A stretch of DNA of 64,000 nt. It comes from a bacterium. Its GTDB lineage: Bacteria; Desulfobacterota; DSWW01. A model generated the notes under the pieces. The model ran no database searches. It was not told where the DNA came from and was given only the letters and a program-made list of their open reading frames with translations. Shown piece after piece: positions 46,689 through 56,971 of this stretch. A program made the translations under genes and the position numbers. The stretch spans positions 1-64,000 of the forward strand of contig JBFLZG010000154.1 of assembly GCA_040756235.1 (NCBI GenBank), written 5' to 3'. Numbering within the stretch: position 1 is the stretch's first letter; each line of letters starts with the position of its first letter.

Positions 46689-48038
46689 TCAGGTTCCGCC
46701 CGCCGGAGCAAAGGCCCAGATCCCTCCGAAGAGGCCGGGGACATAGACGTGTCCTTCTTCGGACATGGTGGTCCCCACACTGGCAATTTCAACAGGGCTC
46801 ACAGGCTCTTCGTCCAGGGTTGCCCCGCTCCTCATGTCCAGGACGAGCAGCCGGAGACCCAGCAGCCTGCCTGCCGCAGCCGCCACCACGTAAGCGCGGT
46901 CGGTCCCACGCTGGACCGCGATGCCGCGGGACTCCACGTCCCGCCGCTCCCACAACACCTCTGCATGATCTCCGGCGTCCCGGAGCGCGAGCAGGGGCGC
47001 TCCGGCCCCTCCGGTGGGAATCACGACCCCGGACGCCGAAGTGGAGGCGCTGCCGAGAGGGGAGAATCCGAGGTCAAAGCTCCAGAGGATCATGCCGCTG
47101 CCGGAATCGATGGCCAGGAGGTGGTCGGCCTGATCGTTCACATAGAGTCGGGAGCCGTCGGCGGAAATGTCCGGGCTCGACGCGCTGCCGCCTTCGAGCG
47201 CAGAGGTCTCCCAGAGAGGTTCGATGCGGGGGATCTCGCCTGCCCGGTAGCGCATCGCCAAGAGACGGCTGGCTGCCTCTCCGGGGTGTGTCAGGGTGAA
47301 AAAGAAGCTCCCCGTATTCAAGTCCATGGAAAGAGTGTTCGCGCAGTAGCAGGTGCCGTTCGCGAGCCCGGCCAGGCAATCCAGGGAGTCCAGCGGCTTG
47401 GGCTCGTACATGACCTCCGGCAGGAGGACGACCGTCTCGAGCGCCGGCGCCCCCGTGTCCCTGCGCAGCACATAGATGCGGCCCACTTGCGTGATGAAGA
47501 TGAGGTGCCCGTCCGGCGTGAACTGAGCGCTCAGAGGAAACCCCACGATCGGCTCGCTCCAGCGCAGAGCGCCGGCGCTGGTAAAAGAGCTCATCGCGCG
47601 GTTGTCGCCCATGTAGATGTTGCCGTCCCTGTCGATGGTGGGCGAGGAGGTGATCGCGTGCTCGTTCACCTGATCGCTGCACCAGAGCTGCTCGCCGGTC
47701 GTTCCATCCAAGGCGAACAGATGACAGGAGCCCTCCGCGGCTGCGTCCTGGTGGCGGCCGACCCCGACGTACAGATTTCCCTCAGGCCCAACGGTCGCGC
47801 CGGCCGCGATCGGCTTGCCGGTGAGCACGTGGAAGATGGGCGCCACGGCGCCCGGGCCGGGAGCATCGCTGGCGTCCGAGTTGCGGCTGTCGTGGTGGAT
47901 CACCGGCCAGCCCGTGGCCGGGTAAGCGGAGCCACCCTCGGAGAGGGTGTCCTTCGAACCGCCGCCGCCTCCGCAGCCGATAACGAGTGAGAGCGCAAGA
48001 AGCACCGCCCATCCGTCCGCACGGGAATGGAATCGCAT
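46689..48038 (-). CDS. PQQ-like beta-propeller lipoprotein
   Basis: Lipobox VIGC; repeats ALDGTTGEQLW, AIDSGSGMILW; start ATG 48038. Confidence 0.8.
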   Translation of the reverse strand: MRFHSRADGWAVLLALSLVIGCGGGGGSKDTLSEGGSAYPATGWPVIHHDSRNSDASDAPGPGAVAPIFHVLTGKPIAAGATVGPEGNLYVGVGRHQDAAAEGSCHLFALDGTTGEQLWCSDQVNEHAITSSPTIDRDGNIYMGDNRAMSSFTSAGALRWSEPIVGFPLSAQFTPDGHLIFITQVGRIYVLRRDTGAPALETVVLLPEVMYEPKPLDSLDCLAGLANGTCYCANTLSMDLNTGSFFFTLTHPGEAASRLLAMRYRAGEIPRIEPLWETSALEGGSASSPDISADGSRLYVNDQADHLLAIDSGSGMILWSFDLGFSPLGSASTSASGVVIPTGGAGAPLLALRDAGDHAEVLWERRDVESRGIAVQRGTDRAYVVAAAAGRLLGLRLLVLDMRSGATLDEEPVSPVEIASVGTTMSEEGHVYVPGLFGGIWAFAPAGGT

Positions 48039-48279
48039 CCTCTGCTCCCTCCTTGGTGGCCTGGCCCGACCGGTGGCCGGTCGTATGGCACACCTGCAAC
48101 GAAAAATAGCAGCAGGACCTGGGGAGATACAACTGCCTGCGCCGAGCTCGGGACTCGCAGGAGCATTCGCGAGCTCGAGGCGAGGCCGAGCAGAGGGCCG
48201 CAATTTCCGAGATTGAAGCCTGCGGGGATCCGGGACATAATTCCTGCAGCCGGCCAGACTCCCGCGAGGGCTTTCCAAG

Positions 48280-49224
48280 GTGCCTACGGAAGAGGATATC
48301 GTCATCGATGCGCAGGGGCTGACGAAGCGGTTCGGCCCCACGATGGCCGTGGACTCGGTCAGCCTGCGGATCCGGCGAGGAGAGATCTTCGGCTTTCTCG
48401 GTCCCAACGGGGCCGGCAAGACGACCATGATCCGGATGCTGTGCGGCATCCTGCGGCCGACGTCGGGCCGGGCTGCCGTTCTTGGCCACGACGTGGTCGC
48501 TCGCCCCGACGCGGTCAAGCGACGAATCGGCTACGTCTCCCAGCAGTTCGGGCTCTATGCCGACCTGACGGTCGATGAAAATCTGCACTTCTACGCGGAT
48601 CTTTACGGGGCACGCGACGACGCGTGCCTGGAGGAACTGCTCACGGGCTACGGGTTCTCGGACAGGCGGCACCAGAGGGCGGGAGAGCTGTCCGGAGGGT
48701 ACAAGCAGCGGCTCGCCCTGATCTGCTCCCTCAGCCACCGGCCGGATCTCCTCTTTCTGGACGAACCCACCGCGGGCGTCGACCCGGTGACCCGCAAGGA
48801 GCTCTGGGACCTCTTCTACCGCCTCACCGAGCGCGGCACCACTCTTTTCGTCACCACCCACTACATGGAAGAGGCCGAGCGCTGCCACACGCTCGGCTTC
48901 ATCTTCGGCGGAAGGCTCGTCTTGCACGATACGCCGGAGCGCATCCGGGCCTTTCTGGCCGACCGCGACGTGTTCGCGCTCCGCTGCCCCTATGACCGGA
49001 ACCTCGTGGACAGGCTGAGCCGGGCCGAAGGGGTGGAGACCGTGAGCCAGTTCGGCAACACGCTCCGGGTGATCGCCCGCAGAGGCCTTCACGATCCTGC
49101 GAGCCTGTGCCGGCTCGCCGCCAGGCCGGACCTGCTCGGAGAAGCGGTCCAGCGGTCGCAGCCGTCCATGGAGGACGTGTTCGTCAACCTGACACAGCGG
49201 GCGGGAGGCAGAGAAAGAAGGTGA
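48280..49224 (+). CDS. ABC-2 type exporter ATP-binding subunit
   Basis: GPNGAGKT, LSGGYKQR, LDEPT, TTHYMEEA. Confidence 0.95.
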   Translation: MPTEEDIVIDAQGLTKRFGPTMAVDSVSLRIRRGEIFGFLGPNGAGKTTMIRMLCGILRPTSGRAAVLGHDVVARPDAVKRRIGYVSQQFGLYADLTVDENLHFYADLYGARDDACLEELLTGYGFSDRRHQRAGELSGGYKQRLALICSLSHRPDLLFLDEPTAGVDPVTRKELWDLFYRLTERGTTLFVTTHYMEEAERCHTLGFIFGGRLVLHDTPERIRAFLADRDVFALRCPYDRNLVDRLSRAEGVETVSQFGNTLRVIARRGLHDPASLCRLAARPDLLGEAVQRSQPSMEDVFVNLTQRAGGRERR

Positions 49225-50366
49225 GAGGTCCGACCCGCTCCCCCAGGAGCTTCGTGCCCGTGATGCGCAAGGAGTGGATCCACATCCGCCGGGACCCGAG
49301 GCTCGTCGTGATCATTCTCGCCGGTCCGGTCCTGCTGCTGATCCTGTTCGGGTACGCTCTCAGGCTCCAGCCCCGCAACATCCCGATGGCGGTCCTGGAC
49401 GAGGACCGCACCTATCTGTCCATGATCCTCAAGGACAGGCTCATGGACGACGGCTACTTCATCCTCCATGAGGCGGGCAGCATGGCGGAGCTCGAGGACT
49501 CGATCCGGGAGGGCCGCGCAAAGACCGGGCTGCACATACCCGCGGAGTTCAGCGCACAGATCTTCGAGGGCCGTGCCGGGGACCTCACGCTCTACGTGGA
49601 CGGGACCATGCCTTCCATCGCGATCGCGGCCCAGCTGGGCGCAGCCACCCTGACCTCCGAGCAGGCCTCCGCGGACTTCGTGCTGGAAGATCCGGAGGCG
49701 CCGCCGGTCCGCTACCGGCCGCGGCCGGTCCAGCTTCACAGCAGGGTCCTGTTCAACCCGGAGCTGCGGGACCAGAACTTCTTCATTCCCGGGATCATCG
49801 GCATCCTCATCATGCAGATCACCCTGGTCGTGACCTCCATGGGCCTGGTGCGCGAGAGAGAATACCGGACCTTCGAGCAGCTGATCGTCACTCCCGTGGG
49901 CCGCCTGCCCCTGGTCCTGGGCAAGATCGCCCCCTATGCCGTCGTCTCCTTCCTGGACTTCCTCGTCATCACGGTCGCCGGCCACTGGATGTTCGATGTG
50001 CCCGTGGCGGGCAGCAAGCTTCTCCTCCTGTTGCTCGCGGTCGTCTACATCGTCGGATTCCTGAGCCTCGGCATGTTTCTCTCCACGCTGGCCCAGACGC
50101 AGACCCAGGCGATCTTCTTCGGCGTTTTCGTCATGATTCCCTCCATTCTCCTCTCCGGCTTCGTCTTTCCGATCGAAGCCATGCCGAAGGTCCTCCAGCC
50201 GGTGCCCGCCGTGATCCCCCTCACGTACTTCCTGAACGTCGCGCGCGGCGTGATGCTCAAAGGCGTGGGGCTGGAGGTCCTGCTCGGGGACTTTGCCGCC
50301 CTGGCCTCCTTTTCCATCGTCTTCATCACGGCCAGCGCCCTGCGCTTTCGGAAGACGATCGAATGA
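49221..50366 (+). CDS. ABC-2 type exporter permease
   Basis: VREREYRTFEQL, LSGFVFP, PLTYF; GTG overlaps the ATPase stop. Confidence 0.92.
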   Translation: MRGPTRSPRSFVPVMRKEWIHIRRDPRLVVIILAGPVLLLILFGYALRLQPRNIPMAVLDEDRTYLSMILKDRLMDDGYFILHEAGSMAELEDSIREGRAKTGLHIPAEFSAQIFEGRAGDLTLYVDGTMPSIAIAAQLGAATLTSEQASADFVLEDPEAPPVRYRPRPVQLHSRVLFNPELRDQNFFIPGIIGILIMQITLVVTSMGLVREREYRTFEQLIVTPVGRLPLVLGKIAPYAVVSFLDFLVITVAGHWMFDVPVAGSKLLLLLLAVVYIVGFLSLGMFLSTLAQTQTQAIFFGVFVMIPSILLSGFVFPIEAMPKVLQPVPAVIPLTYFLNVARGVMLKGVGLEVLLGDFAALASFSIVFITASALRFRKTIE

Positions 50367-50547
50367 GCGGCTCCGAGCGAGCCGCCTCCGGGGCCGAGAA
50401 CGGCTCGCTCCCGGAGGGCGCAGGGGGCCATTCGGCAGGAGCCGAAGCGGCACCGGCACAGGCTTGTAAGACCGGTCGGGCTGTGCTAAATAAGGTCGCC
50501 TTTGATGAACGCGCAGGGGAAGATCTCGCCTGCAGAGGAGGCGCAAG

Positions 50548-51513
50548 ATGGCGATCCGGGAAATACGCGCGACGGACATGCATGCTTCAGCCTTCATCGA
50601 GGAAAAGGTGAACGAGATCCGCTCGGCGGTCGGAACGGGCCTGGCCGTCAACGCCCTGTCCGGCGGGGTGGACTCCTCCGCCGTCACGATGCTCGGGCAT
50701 CGGGCGCTCGGGGACCGGCTGAAGACTTATTTCATCCAGAACGGCCTCATGCGCGAGGGAGAGCCCGAGACGATCGTCTCCGGCTTCGCAAAGCTCGGCG
50801 TGCGCGTGGAGATCGTGGATGCCCAGGAGCCGTTCTTCAAAGCCCTGAAGGGGATCACGGACCCGGAAGAAAAACGCGAGGCCATCACCCAGACGTTCTA
50901 CAAGGACGTTTTCGGAAAGCTCGTGAAAAAGAGCGGTGCGAAGTTCCTCCTGCAGGGCACCATCCTGACGGACGTGGACGAGACCGTGGCCGGCATCAAG
51001 AGGCAGCACAACGTCTTCGAGCAGCTCGGGATCGATCCGCAGGAAGCGTTCGGCTACCGGATCCTGGAACCGCTGGTACAGCTCCGCAAGGACGGTGTGA
51101 GAAAGGTCGCCGAAGCCCTGGGCCTGCCCGGGTCGGTTTTCGGCCGCATGCCCTTCCCGGGCCCGGCGCTCTCCGCCAGGGTCATCGGCGAGGCCACGCG
51201 CGAGCGGATCGCCACAGTCCGGAGGGCCACGAGCATCGTCGAAGAGGAGCTGGCGGGAACGACCGCCTTCCAGTACATGGCGATCCTGCACGAGGACCGC
51301 GTGACCGGCATGCGCGACGGAAAGCGCGAGTTCGGTCTGCAGGTGGAGATCCGTTGCTGGGACAGCCTGGACGCGCGCGAAGCCCGGCCCACGCGGCTTC
51401 CCTGGGAAAAGCTCGAGACGCTTGCGAGGCGCATGACCGCGGAAGTCCCGGGCGTCGTGAGCGTCACCTACGGCATCACCTCCAAGCCGCCTTCGACCAT
51501 GGAGGCGGTCTGA
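50548..51513 (+). CDS. GMP synthase subunit B (ATP-pyrophosphatase plus dimerisation domains only, no glutaminase)
   Basis: LSGGVDSS PP-loop, DPEEKR, LQGTILTD, IKRQHNV, PFPGPAL, TSKPPST; 321 aa. Confidence 0.9.
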   Translation: MAIREIRATDMHASAFIEEKVNEIRSAVGTGLAVNALSGGVDSSAVTMLGHRALGDRLKTYFIQNGLMREGEPETIVSGFAKLGVRVEIVDAQEPFFKALKGITDPEEKREAITQTFYKDVFGKLVKKSGAKFLLQGTILTDVDETVAGIKRQHNVFEQLGIDPQEAFGYRILEPLVQLRKDGVRKVAEALGLPGSVFGRMPFPGPALSARVIGEATRERIATVRRATSIVEEELAGTTAFQYMAILHEDRVTGMRDGKREFGLQVEIRCWDSLDAREARPTRLPWEKLETLARRMTAEVPGVVSVTYGITSKPPSTMEAV

Positions 51514-51640
51514 CAGGCGGTTGAAACGCCCATCTGGGAGCCTGTTGCGAGCGCAGCGAAGTCGGAGATTGCGAGGCTCTGCGAAGCAACCTCCGTGCAT
51601 CCCCGCGGGGCGCCGGCAAGTACGCCGCCTCATTCCCCAG
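51514..51640 (-). repeat. Degenerate MITE family A copy with embedded REP
   Basis: caggcggttgaaacgcccatctg end, gtacgccgcctcattcc core remnant, attgcgagg...cgaagcaacc palindrome. Confidence 0.55.
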
Positions 51641-51694
51641 GGACTTCGCCTGCGTCGGCTCCGGCGGGATCCGTCAACGTCCAGCGGAGAAGCG

Positions 51695-54172
51695 ATGGCG
51701 CTCGTGCTCGCAAATGAGCTCTGTGGTCCCAGGCTCCGCCTGCTGCTGGCGGCGATCTTCCTGCAACTCATCGCCTTGACCTGCCTGGCCGCTCCGCTGG
51801 CCGCTCAGGATCCCCGGACCGCTTCCGGCACCTCGTTCCCGGCGGCGGTGATGCTGCAGGGGCTGACCGAGACCGCGGTCCCGCTGGAACAAGATCTCTC
51901 CCCCGATGCCCGGACCGCGTCTCCGGCGGAGCCGAAGACCGAGGGGCAGGCGCCAGCTCAGCCGCAGGTCGGGCTGGCGACACAGGCGCAGCCTCTCGGA
52001 GAGCCAACGACTGGGGCCCGGCCCACCGCAGACCCGGCACCGCCGCCGTCCGGGTCGCAGCCGGCGCATCCGCCCGCGAGCCCTGCGGTGCAGCCACAGA
52101 CCAGGCAGAGCCCGCCGGCGGCGCAGAGCCAGGCGCCGGGACAAAAGTCGGAAGTCCTGCCCATCACCTTCGCCGACGACATGGGTGAGGCGATGCGCAA
52201 GGAGGCGGCCCGGATGAGCAAGGAGCTCAGTAAGGGAGTCCGCCCCCTTTTCAAGCGCAAACCCCTGGGATTCGACCTGGAAACGATCGATCGCGTGCGG
52301 ACGGAAGCCATCGCGCTTCCCTTGAGAGTGCCGGCCCTGATCGAGCATGTGATCAAGCAGAGCCGGCTGCTCGGTTTCGTGGGCTCGATGATCATGCTGG
52401 CCTTTCTCGTGGCCGTCTTCTACAGCCTCTTCGGCCAGAGGAAGGTGCTCGACCGGGTCGAAAGGCGGGTGGAGCCTCTGATCAGACGGATGCCGCAGGG
52501 GCTCTATCCTTACTTCCTTTCCTTCCTCAAGATCCTGGTCGCTTCCCTCATCCCGCTGATCCTGTTCGGCGCCTTCGCCCTGATTCAAGCCTTCACCTCC
52601 TACCAGGCCTCCTGGTTTTGGCTGACGGGCAAGCTTCTCAAGCTCTGGGCCGTGGGAGCGCTGCTGCTCAACCTGCTGCGCGAGTCCCTGACCCGTGACC
52701 TCCTGCCCGTCCCCCGCGATTACGGTCGTTCGATTCACCGGGTCGCTCGCATGGTCGTCCTCTATATCCTCGGCAGCGTGGCGGTATTCTGGGCTGCGGA
52801 GGCGTTTCGGCTGCCCAAGGACTTCCTTGCGCTCCTCAAGTTTCTCCTGTCCCTTTCGATCGTGTTCGCCCTGCTCTTCCTCATCCTGAAGAAGAAGTCG
52901 ATTCTGGGGATCCTGCCCGACCTCCCGTACGGGAGCTACCAGGCCTTTCGCCGCGCCCTGCAGCGATTCTACTTCCCGATCATGTTCCTCACCTTCCTGA
53001 CCGGGCTCCTCTGGTGCGTGGGCTACCAGCGGCTCTGCGTCGTCCTGTGGACCAAGACCTGGGCCGTGGCCGGGTCCTTCCTGGGGATCATGGTGGCCTA
53101 TCACCTAGTCCAGGAGCGCCTCCAGAAGTGGATCGCGAACAAGACGGTCGCCGACGAGTCGGCCCACTTCCTCTACCGCGCGGTCCGGTCCCTGCTCCTG
53201 TACGCGACCGTCATCTTCATCCTGCTGGCGACCCTGAAGCTGCTCGGTCTGATGGGTCCGGCCCAGCGCGTCATGTCCTTTCCCATCGTCAAGGTCGGCT
53301 CCGCCGCCCTGTCGCTGTGGACCCTTTTCAAGGCCGCATTCATCCTGCTGGCCTTCGTCTACATCTCGCGCTTCGTCAGGGCCTGGCTGGACTACAAAGT
53401 CTATCCCTCCATTGGCGTGGACGAAGGCCTGGCCTACGCCATCAATACTTTTCTCAGCTACATGCTCCTGGCCGTCGGCTTCCTGTTCTCCCTCCGGGCG
53501 GTAGGGCTCGACTTGAGGGTTCTCATGGTCTTTGCCGGCGCGCTCGGCATCGGGATCGGCCTCGGGCTGCAGAGCTTGTTCGCGAACCTCGCCGCCGGTT
53601 TCAGCCTGGTGTTCGGCCGCCTGGTCCGCAAGGGGGATTGGATCCAGGTGGGAGACACGCTCGGAAATGTCCTGGAGGTGAGCCTGAGGTCCACCAAGGT
53701 GCGCACCCGGGACAACATCGAGTACCTCATCCCCAACGCCGATCTGGTTGCCAATACGATCATCAACTACACGCTGTCGGACCCGCTCGTCCGGGTTCAC
53801 GTTCCGGTCGGCGCATCCTACAGTTGCAGGCCGAGGGAGGTGGAACGGATCCTCCTGGAAGCGGCGGCCCTGAATCCGAACCTGAGCCGGCTGAAGCCGC
53901 CGGAGGTCTGGCTCAGCGGCTACGGCGAGAGCTCCCTGGACTTCGATTTGCTCGTCTGGATCGACATCCGGAAGATCGGCGAAAGGCGAATCCGCAGCGA
54001 GCTGTATCACGCGATCTTCGATGCGCTGGGAAAAGCGGGGATCGAGATCCCCTTCCCCCAGCGGGACCTTCACATCCGGTCCGGCCTTCCCCTGTCGGCG
54101 AAAGCATCGGTCCAACCCGAACGGGCGTCCGTGGGCGAGGATCCGGTCGGGATCCGGCTCCCCCCTGGGTAA
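51695..54172 (+). CDS. Large MscS-family channel with Pro/Gln-rich periplasmic N-terminus
   Basis: GALGIGIGLGLQ, SLRSTKVRTRDN, IPNADL, GIEIPFPQRDLH; start uncertain. Confidence 0.9.
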   Translation: MALVLANELCGPRLRLLLAAIFLQLIALTCLAAPLAAQDPRTASGTSFPAAVMLQGLTETAVPLEQDLSPDARTASPAEPKTEGQAPAQPQVGLATQAQPLGEPTTGARPTADPAPPPSGSQPAHPPASPAVQPQTRQSPPAAQSQAPGQKSEVLPITFADDMGEAMRKEAARMSKELSKGVRPLFKRKPLGFDLETIDRVRTEAIALPLRVPALIEHVIKQSRLLGFVGSMIMLAFLVAVFYSLFGQRKVLDRVERRVEPLIRRMPQGLYPYFLSFLKILVASLIPLILFGAFALIQAFTSYQASWFWLTGKLLKLWAVGALLLNLLRESLTRDLLPVPRDYGRSIHRVARMVVLYILGSVAVFWAAEAFRLPKDFLALLKFLLSLSIVFALLFLILKKKSILGILPDLPYGSYQAFRRALQRFYFPIMFLTFLTGLLWCVGYQRLCVVLWTKTWAVAGSFLGIMVAYHLVQERLQKWIANKTVADESAHFLYRAVRSLLLYATVIFILLATLKLLGLMGPAQRVMSFPIVKVGSAALSLWTLFKAAFILLAFVYISRFVRAWLDYKVYPSIGVDEGLAYAINTFLSYMLLAVGFLFSLRAVGLDLRVLMVFAGALGIGIGLGLQSLFANLAAGFSLVFGRLVRKGDWIQVGDTLGNVLEVSLRSTKVRTRDNIEYLIPNADLVANTIINYTLSDPLVRVHVPVGASYSCRPREVERILLEAAALNPNLSRLKPPEVWLSGYGESSLDFDLLVWIDIRKIGERRIRSELYHAIFDALGKAGIEIPFPQRDLHIRSGLPLSAKASVQPERASVGEDPVGIRLPPG

Positions 54173-54385
54173 GGGTTCGCGCAAAAATAACTTTGCAGGG
54201 GCCGGGCCAACTGTATCCTTTTGGAGAGGGGAGGTTTCGCGCCCAGATTTGGGTCAGATTCGGCTGCGACGATTGAGCGAGACCGCAGGCATAGCACGGC
54301 TATGTCGAGGATCTTGCGATTGAGGAGCGGTCGAAGATGGCCCGAAGATGGGATGCGAAATGGGAAGTTATTTCTGCGCGAACCC
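54173..54385. mobile_element. MITE family B (213 bp, IS5-like ends)
   Basis: 21-bp TIRs gggttcgcgcaaaaataactt / aagttatttctgcgcgaaccc (1 mismatch); TAA direct repeat on both sides. Confidence 0.78.
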
Positions 54386-54512
54386 TAAGGACCGAGCCTT
54401 CCTGCGAGTCCTGCCCCGACCGGGCGTTCCGAAGAGCTACGATCGCGCATCGCATGTAATGAAAGATGCACGAGAGTTGTCCAGGAATTCGGCTCCTGCA
54501 TGGAGAAGAAAG

Positions 54513-55286
54513 ATGACCGTCCTGACCGAGAAATCCGGACCGGTGACCACCATCATCATCGACCGTCCCGAGCGCAGGAACGCCGTGGACCGGCCCACGG
54601 CCGAGGAGCTGGCGCAGGCCTTCCGGGCCTTCGAGCGGGATGAGGGCGCCCGTGTCGCGGTGCTCACCGGCGCCGGGGGGTGCTTCTGCGCCGGCGCCGA
54701 CCTCAAGGCCTTGTCCGAGGGGAGGGGCAACCGGGCGGAAGAAGGCGGCGACGGCCCCATGGGGCCCTCCCGCATGCTCCTCGCCAAGCCGGTCATTGCG
54801 GCCGTGGCCGGATACGCCGTGGCCGGAGGGCTGGAGCTGGCCCTTTGGTGCGACCTGCGCGTCGTGGAGCGGGATGCTTATTTCGGAGTCTTCTGCAGGC
54901 GCTGGGGCGTGCCCCTGATCGACGGCGGGACCGTGCGGCTGCCGAGGCTCATCGGGCTCTCCCGGGCCCTGGACATGATCCTCACAGGCAGGGCGGTGGG
55001 CGCCGAGGAGGCGCTCGCCATGGGGCTGGCCAATCGGGTCGTCGAGCCCGGCACCTCCAGGGCAGAGGCCGAGGCGCTGGCGGCGGAGATTGCGCGTTTT
55101 CCTCAGCAATGCCTGAGGAGCGACCGGATGTCCGCCCACCGGCAGTTCGACCTGCCGTTCGACGAGGCCATGAGGAACGAGTTTCGCCTCGGCCTGGAGA
55201 CCATCCTGAGCGGAGAGACCCTGGAGGGCGCGGCCCGGTTTGCCGGAGGCGCCGGGCGCCACGGGAGCTTCGAGGAGGAGGGGTGA
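54513..55286 (+). CDS. Crotonase / enoyl-CoA hydratase family protein
   Basis: DRPERRNAVD, FCAGADL, AGGLELA, GVFCRRWGVPLIDGG. Confidence 0.92.
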   Translation: MTVLTEKSGPVTTIIIDRPERRNAVDRPTAEELAQAFRAFERDEGARVAVLTGAGGCFCAGADLKALSEGRGNRAEEGGDGPMGPSRMLLAKPVIAAVAGYAVAGGLELALWCDLRVVERDAYFGVFCRRWGVPLIDGGTVRLPRLIGLSRALDMILTGRAVGAEEALAMGLANRVVEPGTSRAEAEALAAEIARFPQQCLRSDRMSAHRQFDLPFDEAMRNEFRLGLETILSGETLEGAARFAGGAGRHGSFEEEG

Positions 55287-55474
55287 GACTCCGGCCGGGA
55301 GCGGGCTGGCGGCGGGCTGCTACGGAACACTTTCTGCTGTGGCGGCGTGCTCGGCAAGTGCGGTGGGGATCCCGCCTCGATCGTCTCGGGCTCAGAACGC
55401 TCCGGCCTGATGACCCTCGGCTGCCCGAACGGCGCGCTCATTCCATGAGAGCTTCGCTCCTCAAGGACAACGCC

Positions 55475-55599
55475 GCAGGCTGGTGAGAAATGCCCAGATG
55501 CAAGGCACGCGAAGTCCAGAGGAACGAGGCGTACTCACGTACGCCGCAGTGACGAAGGGCGAGCGTAACGCCGCAGATGGGCCTTTATCGACAGCCTGC
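55475..55599 (+). mobile_element. MITE family A short copy (125 bp)
   Basis: Ends gcaggctg / cagcctgc; same core as the other copies. Confidence 0.75.
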
Positions 55600-55704
55600 A
55601 GAGGCCTGACGGGACTCGGGACTGGCCTCCGCGATTCGCCCTCGTCTCCTCGGCGGGACACCTACCGCACTTGATTTGACCCGAATTCCAGCAGGCGGCT
55701 CGGG

Positions 55705-56820
55705 CTACCGGATTCTCGGGAAGACATCCTCCTCCAGATAAGCCAGGACGCGGCGCAGATGATCCAGGCAGCGGTCCTGCCATTGCCCCTTGTGCTCCGG
55801 ATCTCTGAGTTTGCCGCCGGAGGCCCCGTAGCGGGTGAGCACGGGTCGCATCGCCTCGGGCAGCTCGTCCGGCAGATCCACCCCGTTCATCAGGGCCCAG
55901 GCCAGGGTCCACGCCCGGGCCACGTTTGCGACGTCGTAGCCTCCGCCGCCCAGAGCGACCCACCTCGGGGCCCCCTGCTTCAAGTAGGAGATCACCCTCG
56001 AGAAGCCGTTCGTGGTCAGCTCGAGATTCGCCAGGGGGTCCGACACGAAGGTGTCCACCCCGAGCTGAGAGACGACGACATCGGGCTTGAAGCTCTCCAT
56101 GAGCCTTGGCAGGACGGTCGAGAAGCCCTGCCAGAACACCTCGTCGTCCGAGCCCGGGAGCATCGGAACGTTCACCGAATAGCCGAGCCCTTCCCCGCGC
56201 CCCTTCTCCGTGACTGCTCCGGTCCCGGGAAAGAGCGTGCGGCCGTCCTGGTGGAACGAGACCGTGAGCACCCTCGGGTCCGCGTAGAAGGCCCACTGCA
56301 CCCCGTCGCCGTGGTGGGCGTCGACGTCGACGTACAGGACCCGTTGGCCCCGGTCCAGGAAATAGCGGATCGCCAGGACCGGGTCGTTCACGTAGCAGAA
56401 GCCCGATGCCCGGCTCGCGGCGGCGTGGTGGAGGCCGCCGGCGATGTTGAAGGCGATGCGCGCCTCTCCCTCCCAGACCAGACGGGCACACTCGAGCGAG
56501 GCGCCGGTCTGCAGGAGCGACCACTCCCAGAGGCCCGGGAAGACCGGGTTGTCCCCGGGGCCGAGACCGAACCCGTATTCCCCATCGATCTCGAGCCGGC
56601 TCGCCTGCTTCAGGACGGCGACGTAAGGGGGCGTGTGGAACCGCAGGATCTCGTCTTCGGCGGCGGGGCGAGGCTCGACCACGACGGTCTGCGGAAGATC
56701 GAAGAGCCCGTAGGCATTGCACAGATCGCGGGTGAGCCGCAGTCGCTCGATCTTGAGGGGGTGCCCGGCACCGTAGTCATAGGCGAAGTAGGCGTTCGTG
56801 TAGAGGAAGGCTGTCCGCAT
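55705..56820 (-). CDS. acuC: Acetoin utilisation protein AcuC (Zn-dependent deacetylase)
   Basis: GHPLK, GGLHHA, SGFCY, DVDAHHGDG, QLGVD, GGGGY. Confidence 0.88.
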   Translation of the reverse strand: MRTAFLYTNAYFAYDYGAGHPLKIERLRLTRDLCNAYGLFDLPQTVVVEPRPAAEDEILRFHTPPYVAVLKQASRLEIDGEYGFGLGPGDNPVFPGLWEWSLLQTGASLECARLVWEGEARIAFNIAGGLHHAAASRASGFCYVNDPVLAIRYFLDRGQRVLYVDVDAHHGDGVQWAFYADPRVLTVSFHQDGRTLFPGTGAVTEKGRGEGLGYSVNVPMLPGSDDEVFWQGFSTVLPRLMESFKPDVVVSQLGVDTFVSDPLANLELTTNGFSRVISYLKQGAPRWVALGGGGYDVANVARAWTLAWALMNGVDLPDELPEAMRPVLTRYGASGGKLRDPEHKGQWQDRCLDHLRRVLAYLEEDVFPRIR

Positions 56821-56971
56821 GAATGCTCCTGTATCAGGAAGGAAGGGTCGTTTTAAAAGATTGGATGCGGTAGGTGCTGCCGCAAACACATACTGGGCTT
56901 TACCATCGGGTTCATACCGGTGTCAAGGAAGGCCGAGGAGGGTGCTGAGCGCGGTGTTGTAGCCTCCGGCA

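Noticed and set aside
55290..55470. Possible small Cys-containing peptide ORF after the crotonase
   Set aside because: No convincing start, RBS or family motif.
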